Shown in pieces: positions 17,973 through 25,828 of a stretch of 32,000 nt of DNA. This DNA comes from Edaphobacter aggregans. GTDB lineage: Bacteria > Acidobacteriota > Terriglobia > Terriglobales > Acidobacteriaceae. The position numbers were made by a program, and so were the translations under genes. Numbering within the stretch: position 1 is the stretch's first letter; each line of letters begins with the position of its first letter. The stretch spans positions 6,060,001-6,092,000 of the forward strand of contig NZ_RSDW01000001.1 in NCBI RefSeq assembly GCF_003945235.1, written 5' to 3'. The notes below the pieces were generated by a model. That model had not been told where the DNA came from, ran no database searches, and saw only the letters and a list, made by a program, of their open reading frames with translations.

Positions 17973-18305
17973 ATGTCCGCACACTACGAACTGAAACCGG
18001 CAGCAGGCAAGCAATTCATGTTCAATCTGAAGGCAGCCAACGGCGAAGTTATCCTGACCAGCGAGAACTACAAAGAAAAAGAAGGCGCTCTCAACGGCAT
18101 CGAGTCCGTCAAGAAGAACTCTCCAGACGACAAGCAATATGAGCGCAAGACATCAAAGTCCGATCAGCCCTACTTCGTCCTGAAGGCCAAGAACCACGAG
18201 ATCATCGGCAAAAGCGAGATGTACTCCTCCCCGTCAGCTATGGAGAAGGGAATCGAGTCAGTCAAAAAGAATGGCCCCGTCGCAACAACGAACGACCTGA
18301 CCTGA
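17973..18305 (+). CDS. yegP: YegP-family protein (tandem DUF1508)
   Basis: SD GGAGGA lies at 17964-17969. Two DUF1508 repeats are present: FMFNLKAANGEVILTSENYKEKEGALNGIESVKKN and YFVLKAKNHEIIGKSEMYSSPSAMEKGIESVKKN. Confidence 0.9.
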   Translation: MSAHYELKPAAGKQFMFNLKAANGEVILTSENYKEKEGALNGIESVKKNSPDDKQYERKTSKSDQPYFVLKAKNHEIIGKSEMYSSPSAMEKGIESVKKNGPVATTNDLT

Positions 18306-18323
18306 CTGAACTTCAATCCGATC

Positions 18324-18364
18324 AAGGCACCCGAGGCTGTAGACTGGGGGCGCCTTTATTTATC
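18324..18364 (+). terminator. Hairpin terminator candidate after yegP
   Basis: AAGGCACCC ... GGGGGCGCCTT forms a 9-bp stem with one mismatch, followed by TATTTAT. Confidence 0.4.
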
Positions 18365-18440
18365 TGTAGAACAGAATCGCTCGCATCGAGCGACTTCAAC
18401 ACTCACAGAAGCAATCTTCGCAGGAGAGCATCCGACACCC

Positions 18441-19418
18441 ATGCAGGCCATCCAGATCCTAACCACCGGAACCGCTGACGTACTAGAACTCCGCGATCTC
18501 CCAACGCCAACTCCTGGCCCCGGCGAAGCCCTCGTCCGCATCGAAGCCAGCGGAATCAACTTCATCGACATCTATCTCCGCGAAGGCCGTTACCCCGCCA
18601 AGCTTCCCTACATCCTCGGTCAGGAAGCAGCCGGAACTATCGTCGCTCTTGGTGAACCGGGCCCCCAGCCGACCCAGCTCAAAGTCGGAGACCGCGTCGT
18701 CTGGTGCCACATTCCCGGAACCTACGCCCAGCTTGCCGTCGCCCCCACCTCTGCCCTGATCCCCATCCCAGAGAGCGTCACTGCACAACAAGCCGCTGCC
18801 GCAATACTTCAGGGCATGACCGCCCACTACCTCGCGCATTCCACCTATCCCATCCACCCTGGCGACGAAGTCCTCATCCACGCCGGAGCCGGAGGTGTCG
18901 GCCTTCTTCTCACCCAGATTGCCAAGTCCCTCGGAGCCCGCGTCTTCACCACCGTCTCTAACGAAGAAAAGGCCGAACTATCCCGCGAAGCTGGAGCCGA
19001 CGAAGTCATCCTTTACACCCGCGAAGATTTTGCGGCAAAGCTCAAGACTCTCGCCACCGGCCCTGGCCTCCACGCTGTCTACGACTCCGTGGGCAAATCC
19101 ACCTTCGACAAATCCCTCGAAGTCCTCCGCCCTCGCGGCATGATGGTCCTCTTCGGTGGTTCCAGCGGAGCGGTCCCGCCCTTCGACCTCATCAAGCTCT
19201 CACTCCTCGGCTCACTCTACATCACCCGCCCCACGCTCAAGGACTACACAGCTACCCGGGCCGACCTCGAATCCCGCGCTGCCGACGTCCTCAACTCCGT
19301 AGCCAATGGTTCCCTCAAGCTCCGTGTCGAACACATCTATCCACTCGCCGATGCAGCCCGCGCTCACCGCGATCTCGAATCACGCAAGACCACCGGCAAG
19401 CTCCTTCTTATCCCGTAG
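18441..19418 (+). CDS. qor: NADPH:quinone oxidoreductase (zeta-crystallin/MDR family)
   Basis: Motifs are EALVRIEASGINFIDIYLREGRYP, LPYILGQEAAGTIVALGE, VLIHAGAGGVGLLLTQIAK (Rossmann GxGxxG) and AHRDLESRKTTGKLLLIP. Confidence 0.9.
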   Translation: MQAIQILTTGTADVLELRDLPTPTPGPGEALVRIEASGINFIDIYLREGRYPAKLPYILGQEAAGTIVALGEPGPQPTQLKVGDRVVWCHIPGTYAQLAVAPTSALIPIPESVTAQQAAAAILQGMTAHYLAHSTYPIHPGDEVLIHAGAGGVGLLLTQIAKSLGARVFTTVSNEEKAELSREAGADEVILYTREDFAAKLKTLATGPGLHAVYDSVGKSTFDKSLEVLRPRGMMVLFGGSSGAVPPFDLIKLSLLGSLYITRPTLKDYTATRADLESRAADVLNSVANGSLKLRVEHIYPLADAARAHRDLESRKTTGKLLLIP

Positions 19419-19422
19419 CCGT

Positions 19423-21147
19423 TTAAATCAAGCAGGGAATCGAAGGAGCCGGAGCATCCCGGAAGTCATAAGCCAGCTGCCCCGTCTCCTGCATGTAGTA
19501 CGGGTGATCCCGGATGGCCGACACAATCGCGTCGCTGTCCGCAAAATCACGCTTCACCCAGTAGACGTGATAGTCGCAATACGTGCCGCCCCAGACCGCC
19601 GCAAGCACATAGCCGTGCTTGACCGCATAGTTGTGCATCATGGCGTCGTTCAGACTCAGCTTGCCGGTCACCTCCGGAGAGACAACTCCCTCGGTCTGCG
19701 CCTTCAAGTCTGCGACGGTCCGATGCATCGCCCACACGTGATACATCAGGATCTCTGGCTGATAGCGGTCTATATAGGCCTCCGTCAGCAGTCCCTTGTT
19801 GCGCGCGACGAATGAGTCATTCAGGCCGCCCTCATCCACGGCCCGCCACTCCGAATAGAACGGCAGGTCACCCGCCTCCGTTATGACCATGCTGTAGTTC
19901 TTCGCAGCATACGGTTGCAGCCGCAACCCGAGCTCCTGCGCGCCAACATTCGAAAACGGCTTCAGATAGAGGTGCATGTTGTAGATAATCGCGAAGACGA
20001 ACATCAGCGCCATCATTGCCGCAAGCGGCCGCTTCAGCGTCTCTGCCTCTCGTGGGCGAGTGCTCTCAAGCTCCCGCCACCAAACCGTCACCAATCCGCC
20101 CAGGAAAAACATAGATAGCGGCACCATCACATACTGGAACCGCGAAAAATGATTGTTCTCGAACAGGATCAAAATCCACAACGCAGTAAATGGAACCACT
20201 GTAATCAGCCAGACCGCGAGTTGCCGCATCGCGCTTCGGCTTCTGAATCCGAGCCCAATCAAAGGGAGAAACGGTAGCAGCATCTCCACCATCGTCCGCG
20301 ACGACAGCTTCAGATTGGCCCACTGAATCCCACCCGAGTGCTTCGCATAAAACGGAACCGGAAACGGAAATCCGAAGTAGTGCAGTCGCCACGCAAAATA
20401 GATCCCGCCACACACAGCAAAGATCGCCCCAAAGCTAACGACCAGTAGAAGCCGCCTCGCCCTCACCCCATACAGTGTCGAGCACAACATCAGCCCCGCC
20501 AGAATCACTCCATCGGGCCGAATCAGTCCCGTGATGAACCCGAACGTCGCAAACCAGAGCGCCCGCCGCCGGGTCACACCCTCCAGAACGCAAGTCGTTC
20601 CTACGCACCACGTCAGCAGAGCAAACAGCCCATAGAACGGTGCACTGAACCCCGAATTAATATAGTGGTATCCCAGCCCGAGCCCGAGCGTAGCTGCAAA
20701 CCCCGCGGCCACTAGCATCGGCGCTCGATACAGCCGCCGCAGCCCAGCATACATCACCACCACGCTCACAACCTGAGACACAAACAGGAGAGCCACCGCC
20801 GCCGCCTTCACGTCCATATGCATCAACCGGCTGATCAGGCCAATCAGCACCATATACAGAAAATCCGTGGCCCCTTCGACTGGACGCTCTCCAACATTCC
20901 AGACGATTCCATGCCCCCGTGCAAAATTCTGCGAATAGCGCAGCAGCATCGAAGCATCTTCCATCGGGCTCAACGGCAGACTCAGATGTCCCACCAGAAA
21001 CAGGGCCGTAGCCGCTGCGAGCACGCCCGCCACAATCAAATCCATCTTCGAAAAGCGCGCAATGATCCAATCCATCTGTGAAAGTCGCGCAATTCTCACG
21101 CTATCGGTCGAGTCAGTAGAGGAGGCAGGGAAGGCAACAGTGGTCAA
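19423..21147 (-). CDS. Polytopic membrane protein, probably a GT-C-fold glycosyltransferase (ArnT/PMT-like), with a C-terminal soluble domain
   Basis: About 11-13 hydrophobic helices are present. An acidic motif in the first loop (PMEDASMLLRYSQNFARGHGIVWN) resembles the GT-C D/E motif. The soluble C-terminal part is about 190 aa. The start is uncertain: TTG 21147 with GAGGG upstream, or ATG 21075/21045. Confidence 0.6.
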   Translation of the reverse strand: MTTVAFPASSTDSTDSVRIARLSQMDWIIARFSKMDLIVAGVLAAATALFLVGHLSLPLSPMEDASMLLRYSQNFARGHGIVWNVGERPVEGATDFLYMVLIGLISRLMHMDVKAAAVALLFVSQVVSVVVMYAGLRRLYRAPMLVAAGFAATLGLGLGYHYINSGFSAPFYGLFALLTWCVGTTCVLEGVTRRRALWFATFGFITGLIRPDGVILAGLMLCSTLYGVRARRLLLVVSFGAIFAVCGGIYFAWRLHYFGFPFPVPFYAKHSGGIQWANLKLSSRTMVEMLLPFLPLIGLGFRSRSAMRQLAVWLITVVPFTALWILILFENNHFSRFQYVMVPLSMFFLGGLVTVWWRELESTRPREAETLKRPLAAMMALMFVFAIIYNMHLYLKPFSNVGAQELGLRLQPYAAKNYSMVITEAGDLPFYSEWRAVDEGGLNDSFVARNKGLLTEAYIDRYQPEILMYHVWAMHRTVADLKAQTEGVVSPEVTGKLSLNDAMMHNYAVKHGYVLAAVWGGTYCDYHVYWVKRDFADSDAIVSAIRDHPYYMQETGQLAYDFRDAPAPSIPCLI

Positions 21148-21295
21148 AGGAAACCCTCACAAATGCTCTGATTCTTCAAATCGTGAATAGCAGCAGACAC
21201 AGTCTGCATTGAGCTCACTCCAGCCTACTGCCTCTATCGCAGCCAAACTATTGCCCTTATGGGTTACTTGCACCGTGTAAACTGGCTATGCCGGA

Positions 21296-21480
21296 TGTCT
21301 CTCCGACCCCGGTAATTCCTGCGGCGAACATCGCATCCGCCGTGCAACGTAACCTTTGTCCCGCAACGGAATGTTCGGGAAGCGCGGTGAAACTCCGCCA
21401 CTGCCCCGCAACTGTGATTCGCGCACACCCTCAAAAGTGTGAATGCCAGCCAGATACTCCCACTAGCGCATAGCGCCGGG
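21296..21480 (+). promoter_or_regulatory. Cobalamin (B12) riboswitch; boundaries approximate (+/- 30 nt)
   Basis: The core GGGAAGCGCGGTGAAACTCCGCCACTGCCCCGCAACTGTGA (21377-21417) matches the conserved GGGAA..GGTGAAA.TCC...C.G.CCCGCAACTGT.A pattern. A B12-box-like GCCAGCCAGATACTCCC lies at 21445-21461. The element sits directly upstream of a TonB-dependent receptor. Confidence 0.8.
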
Positions 21481-21589
21481 AAGGGAAGCATCCAGCGCCA
21501 AGGCCAGCATGTATCGCGTAAGTCAGGAGACCGGTTCCGTCAACGCACATCAACCACGTTCCCGGGGGGGAACGGAGGAGTTTTCATTC

Positions 21590-24040
21590 ATGGTCACGTC
21601 CGTGCGCCGTCTATCGGCCTCGAAGTCTCTACTTGCCTCGCTCGTCATCCTCTTCAGCCTCACCCTTGCTGCCCGCGCCGTTGTCGTCCGCGGCACGGTG
21701 ACCGACCCGCTCGGAGCCGTCGTCGGCGGAGCCCGCGTCCAGCTTATACAGGGGAAGCAGGCAGTGGCCGCCGTACTCACCAGCCCTGACGGCTCCTTCG
21801 AAATCCGCAGCGCATCTCCTGGCCGATTCGTCCTCCTCACTTCGGCACCCAACTTCACCCCAAACATCGGCCAGGACTTCTATGGCGGAGCCACGGACGT
21901 CGTCAACCGCGACATCGTCCTCGAAGTCGCCTCCGTCAGGACCACCGTCACCGTCACCGCCACTGGAATCCCCACGCCCCTCCAGCAGGTCAGCTCAGCC
22001 GTCACCCTCATCCCGCAAGCCGACCTCGCCACCCGCGTCGGCATCGTCGACGACCTCCGCCAATCCCCCGGAAACGTAGCCGTCCAGTCCGGACAGACCG
22101 GCAGCGTCACCTCGCTCTTCGTTCGTGGCGGCAACTCCACCGCCAACAAAGTCCTCATCGACGGCGTCCCCGCCAACGACGTAGGCGGCACCTTCGATTT
22201 CGGCAATGTCTCCAGCACCGGCCTCGCCGGTCTCGAGATGTATCGCGGCCCCAACTCAGCTCTCTACGGCACCGACGCCGCAGCCTCCGTCGTCAACCTC
22301 ACCACGCCACGCGGCAGCGGACTTAAGCCCGTCCTCAACTACTCCGGCGATGCTGGCAACTTCCACACCTACCGCAACGAAGCCGCCGTCTCAGGCGCCC
22401 ACAACAAGCTCGACTACTACGGAGCCTTCAGCCGCTTCGACACCTCCAACTCCATCCCCCGCGACCGCTTCCACGCTGCCACCTCCGTCGCCAACGTCGG
22501 CTACGACCTGACTGCAAACACCCAGGCCCGCTTCACCATTCGCAATGCCGTCTCTGCCATCGGCCTCCCCCAGGCCCGCAACTTCTACGGCATCTCCGCC
22601 GACGCCAAGCAATCCGATCAGGACATCTATTCCGGCCTCACCCTCGAGAACCGCACCGAACACAACTGGCATAATCTCGTCCGCTACGGGATCGCCCGCA
22701 AGCGCGAGCAGGAACAGGCCTTCACCAACGTCGGCACTCCCATCACCTTCGACTTCGGCGGCGGCGACATCTTCACCGAGTACTTCGGCAACGTGGTCAC
22801 CATCCGCGGAGCCAACGGCTACAGCACCACCGGCCAGGCCTCCTTCTTCGTCCCCAACGAACAGTCCGTCTCCAACCGCGACGAGCTCTACTACCAGTCC
22901 GACTACACCTTCCTCCGCCGCGTCACCGCCCTCTTCGGCTTCCGCTACGAAAACGAGCGAGGCAGCTTCGTTACCTCGTACGAGAAGGAGACCACCCAGC
23001 GCACCAACTACCAATACTCCCTGCAGTTTCAGGGTGACATCATGAACCGCATCTTCTACTCCCTCGGCGGCGGCATCGAGAAGAACCATCTCTACGGCAT
23101 CACGGGAACCCCGCGCATCGGCCTCTCCTACGTTCCCGTCCGTCCCGGCGCAGGATACTTCCACGGCACCAAGCTCCGTGCCAACTTTGCCACCGGAGTC
23201 CAGGAGCCCACCCTCGCCCTCGAGTTCGCCAGCCTCTACACGCAACTTCAGCAGGCGGGCAATACAGCCGCGATTGCGGAGTTCAACGTCACGCCTCCTG
23301 GCCCCCAGCGCTCCCGCACCTACGACCTCGGCATCGACCAAAACATCATCGGCCAGAAGCTCATCCTCCAGGCCGGCTACTTCCACAACATCTTCGATCA
23401 CCAACTCGAAGGCGTAGGCGCAGGAGCCCTCATTCAGGACTTCGGCTTCCCCCCCAGCGTCGCGACCTCCGTCTTCACCCCCTACCTCAACTCACTCGCC
23501 TTCCGTGCCCAGGGTCTCGAAGCCGAACTTCAGTACCAGCCCTTTACCCACCTCATGCTGCGCGGAGGCTACACCTACCTCGACGCCGTCGTCCTCCACT
23601 CCTTCACCAGCGACGCTTATAGCAAAGGCTTCGCCAACAACAACCCCAACTTCCCCGGCATCCCCATTGGAGCCGAAGGCCCACTCGTCGGAGCCCGTCC
23701 CTTCCGCCGCCCACCCCACTCCGGCTTCTTCGCCGCCCAATACACCGGCACCAAATACACCGCAGCCTTTAAAGGAGCCCTGGCCAGCCGCGCCGACGAC
23801 TCCACCTTCCTCGACGGCTTCGACACCAACTTCGGAAACTCCCTCCTGCTACCCAACCGCAACCTCGACTTCAGCTACGCGAAGCTCGACCTCTACGGCA
23901 CCTACGCCTTCCGCCCCCGGATCGTCGTCTTCACCGAACTGGGCAATCTCATCTCCCAACACAACATCGGCCCAATAGGCTACCCCAGCCTCCCATTCAC
24001 CGTCCGAGCCGGCCTGAAAGTAAGAATCGGCGGCGACTAA
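21590..24040 (+). CDS. btuB: TonB-dependent receptor, BtuB-like (the riboswitch implies a cobalamin/corrinoid substrate), with an extra N-terminal CarboxypepD_reg domain
   Basis: I place the start at ATG 21590, with SD GGAGGAG at 21574-21580 and signal peptide MVTSVRRLSASKSLLASLVILFSLTLAARA. The CarboxypepD_reg domain reads VVRGTVTDPLGAVVGGARVQL...DGSFEI. The plug reads SLFVRGGNSTANKVLIDGVPANDVGG...EMYRGPNSALYGTDAAASVVNL. The gene symbol is inferred from the riboswitch context. Confidence 0.8.
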   Translation: MVTSVRRLSASKSLLASLVILFSLTLAARAVVVRGTVTDPLGAVVGGARVQLIQGKQAVAAVLTSPDGSFEIRSASPGRFVLLTSAPNFTPNIGQDFYGGATDVVNRDIVLEVASVRTTVTVTATGIPTPLQQVSSAVTLIPQADLATRVGIVDDLRQSPGNVAVQSGQTGSVTSLFVRGGNSTANKVLIDGVPANDVGGTFDFGNVSSTGLAGLEMYRGPNSALYGTDAAASVVNLTTPRGSGLKPVLNYSGDAGNFHTYRNEAAVSGAHNKLDYYGAFSRFDTSNSIPRDRFHAATSVANVGYDLTANTQARFTIRNAVSAIGLPQARNFYGISADAKQSDQDIYSGLTLENRTEHNWHNLVRYGIARKREQEQAFTNVGTPITFDFGGGDIFTEYFGNVVTIRGANGYSTTGQASFFVPNEQSVSNRDELYYQSDYTFLRRVTALFGFRYENERGSFVTSYEKETTQRTNYQYSLQFQGDIMNRIFYSLGGGIEKNHLYGITGTPRIGLSYVPVRPGAGYFHGTKLRANFATGVQEPTLALEFASLYTQLQQAGNTAAIAEFNVTPPGPQRSRTYDLGIDQNIIGQKLILQAGYFHNIFDHQLEGVGAGALIQDFGFPPSVATSVFTPYLNSLAFRAQGLEAELQYQPFTHLMLRGGYTYLDAVVLHSFTSDAYSKGFANNNPNFPGIPIGAEGPLVGARPFRRPPHSGFFAAQYTGTKYTAAFKGALASRADDSTFLDGFDTNFGNSLLLPNRNLDFSYAKLDLYGTYAFRPRIVVFTELGNLISQHNIGPIGYPSLPFTVRAGLKVRIGGD

Positions 24041-24056
24041 CAAAACAGTCGCCGCC
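24029..24056 (+). terminator. GC-rich hairpin overlapping the receptor stop codon
   Basis: GGCGGCGACT (24029-24038) pairs with AGTCGCCGCC (24047-24056) as a 10-bp perfect stem with an 8-nt loop. There is no adjacent T-run. Confidence 0.3.
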
Positions 24057-24249
24057 CCTCGCTCCAAAATCTTGTTATTTCGACCAGAGCAGCTCACAGC
24101 TTCATCGTGAGCTGCGGAGCGAGAAATCTGTTTCCCAACCCGCGCCTTCTCCTCACGCTACTCATAAACCCATTTGCCCCTAGCCATCATTCAGGTACTA
24201 TTGCGGTCTCGCTCTGAAAGGCCACTTCGTGCCGTGGAGGCTGTCAGCA

Positions 24250-25347
24250 ATGACGCATTCTGCTACCACCGGGCTCCTGGAATCCCAAAAATCTCCCGCC
24301 TACTTCAACGACGCCCTCTGTGACGCCGAGCGCCTCCTCAAGTACGCCGCCGAGATCGGCATCGATGTCACCCCCGACACCCGCGGCGCCATCCTGCGCG
24401 CCCGAACTGCCTCCACCGAAGGCTGGACCGAGGAAGTCGCCGCAAATCTCCTCGCCGCACTCACCAGTCTCGCCGCCCGCCTCAAGCCCGTCACCGCCGA
24501 AAGTCTCAAGGCCTACCACAACGACACTCGCCCCACCGTCCACACCTACCTCATCTGGGCCATCATTCTGGCCTGCGTCATCGTCCCTGCCTCCGTAGCC
24601 ACTTTTGTCACCTCAGCTGTCTCCAACACCCTCCGCGATGACATCACCCGCGCCAACGCTCTCGCCGTCAAGCTTCGTTCTGAACTCGGGCCCCCGCTTC
24701 CCGCCGGCCAGGCCTTCGAATTTCCCAAAGGCGTCAGTGCGTCCGATGTCATCTCCGACCTGCAGGAGTACGCCTCCCTCGTCCGCAACATCAACGCCCG
24801 GGCCCGCAAGCTCAACCGCTTTATCGTGCCTCGCCAGAGACTTCCTTTCGAAGACACACTCAGCCCCGAAGAACGGAAAAGACGCTTCGAGCTCCCCGTA
24901 GGCATACCCGATCCCATCGCCGCCCGCGACAACATCACCAACACCTATCAAGATGTCCGTTATTTCGCCCAGACCCTCATCACCGACGTCTCCGTCTTCT
25001 ACGGAGCCCTCTCCACCTGCATCCTCCCCGTCCTCTATGCCCTCCTCGGCACCTGCGCCTACCTCCTCCGCACATTCGAAGACCAGATGAGCAACCGGAC
25101 CTTCACCCCATCGGCCGCCAACTCCGCCCGCTTCCTCATCGCGGCAATCGGCGGAGGCGTCGTCGGACTCTTCAACAACATCACCATTACCGACCAGGCT
25201 TCCGTCCCGCCGCTTGCCATAGCCTTCCTCGTCGGCTACGCCGTAGACGTCTTCTTCGCCTTCCTCGAAGGACTCCTGCGCGCCTTCACCAAGACTCCCG
25301 CAAGCAATCCTCCACCCAGTGCTCCAGCCGCCATCGGCACACCCTGA
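24250..25347 (+). CDS. Hypothetical integral membrane protein: about 95-aa N-terminal soluble part, TM1, about 135-aa helical region and three further TMs
   Basis: I place the start at ATG 24250, with SD GGAGG at 24236-24240. The TMs are TYLIWAIILACVIVPASVATFV, VFYGALSTCILPVLYALLGTCAYLL, FLIAAIGGGVVGLF and LAIAFLVGYAVDVFFAFLEGLL. I recognised no family with confidence. Confidence 0.7.
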   Translation: MTHSATTGLLESQKSPAYFNDALCDAERLLKYAAEIGIDVTPDTRGAILRARTASTEGWTEEVAANLLAALTSLAARLKPVTAESLKAYHNDTRPTVHTYLIWAIILACVIVPASVATFVTSAVSNTLRDDITRANALAVKLRSELGPPLPAGQAFEFPKGVSASDVISDLQEYASLVRNINARARKLNRFIVPRQRLPFEDTLSPEERKRRFELPVGIPDPIAARDNITNTYQDVRYFAQTLITDVSVFYGALSTCILPVLYALLGTCAYLLRTFEDQMSNRTFTPSAANSARFLIAAIGGGVVGLFNNITITDQASVPPLAIAFLVGYAVDVFFAFLEGLLRAFTKTPASNPPPSAPAAIGTP

Positions 25348-25419
25348 GCACGAGACCGACGAATCATCGAAGCAGGACACTTGCTGGTGTACTTGCCGGC
25401 AGTCGCGGTGTTTTTGCTT

Positions 25420-25475
25420 GTCATTCTGAGCGCAGCGAAGAACCCCCGTATTTCCGAGGGGAGCGAAGCGACCCG
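25420..25475. repeat. Short intergenic element GTCATTCTGAGCGCAGCGAAGAACCC...GGGGAGCGAAGCGACCCGAG (possible REP/MITE-like interspersed repeat)
   Basis: There is only one copy in this window. An internal half-repeat is visible: GAGCGCAGCGAAGAACCC versus GAGCGAAGCGACCC. From memory it resembles short 'cattctgagcg.agcgaag' repeats scattered in Terriglobia intergenic regions. This is unverified. Confidence 0.3.
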
Positions 25476-25625
25476 AGTGCTTTTTGACGTTTTTTCCGGC
25501 TTACTCACGAACTTTCCTTAGAAAGCTTGTCAAGTAAACAAACAAGTCAAACACTTACAGATAAATAATTTGCATATGCCTAATTAATCCTATACATCAG
25601 CTATAATAGAAAGAGAACAGAAAAG

Positions 25626-25657
25626 AAAGGCCTCGGACATCCGAGGCCTTTTTCTTT
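25626..25657. terminator. Canonical, potentially bidirectional intrinsic terminator with no adjacent gene
   Basis: AAAGGCCTCGG-ACAT-CCGAGGCCTTT forms a perfect stem with a 4-nt loop. An A-rich run lies upstream and TTTTTCTTTAT downstream. It is 279 nt after the stop at 25347 and 172 nt before the ATG at 25829. Confidence 0.65.
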
Positions 25658-25828
25658 ATAACCATCCGTCTGCAATACTTTACCCGAAGAAGGTACTTAT
25701 AAGAACAGAAGTCCAAAGCTAAGTATCATTTTATGAATACTTTGCGCAATAAGTGTGGGGGTGGGGAGTACTGGACCTGATGAATCAAGCTCTTGCATCC
25801 AGCGTCTAATTAGTTGAAAGGGAATGAA

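Noticed and set aside
17022-18137. 371-aa ORF on the minus strand
   Set aside because: It lies entirely antisense to the well-supported GT2 gene and part of yegP. Its G/D/E/V/A-rich, motif-free translation is typical of a shadow ORF opposite C3-rich codons.
19416-19425. Convergent stop codons of qor and the GT-C-like gene only 4 nt apart with no terminator
   Set aside because: Tight convergent gene ends are common in compact genomes. I see no structure or motif to interpret.
21509-21589. Upstream ATG extension of the receptor ORF (or a leader peptide)
   Set aside because: It lies in the riboswitch expression platform and has no SD. The ATG at 21590 has GGAGGAG and a proper signal peptide.
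22391-23404. 337-aa minus-strand ORF inside the BtuB-like receptor gene
   Set aside because: It is an antisense shadow of a gene with clear plug and barrel motifs, with low-complexity G/V/E/A/D composition. The same reasoning applies to 21880-22254 and 23492-24097.
22206-23978. Series of Pro/Ser/Thr/Ala-rich plus-strand ORFs in an alternative frame of the receptor gene
   Set aside because: They are frame-shifted readings of C-rich codons (CCN/ACN/TCN/GCN). They have no start context, and overlapping genes of this kind are not supported.
24613-25380. 255-aa minus-strand ORF opposite the orphan membrane protein
   Set aside because: It has G/E/D-rich shadow composition. The plus frame has four clean TM helices and an SD-ATG.
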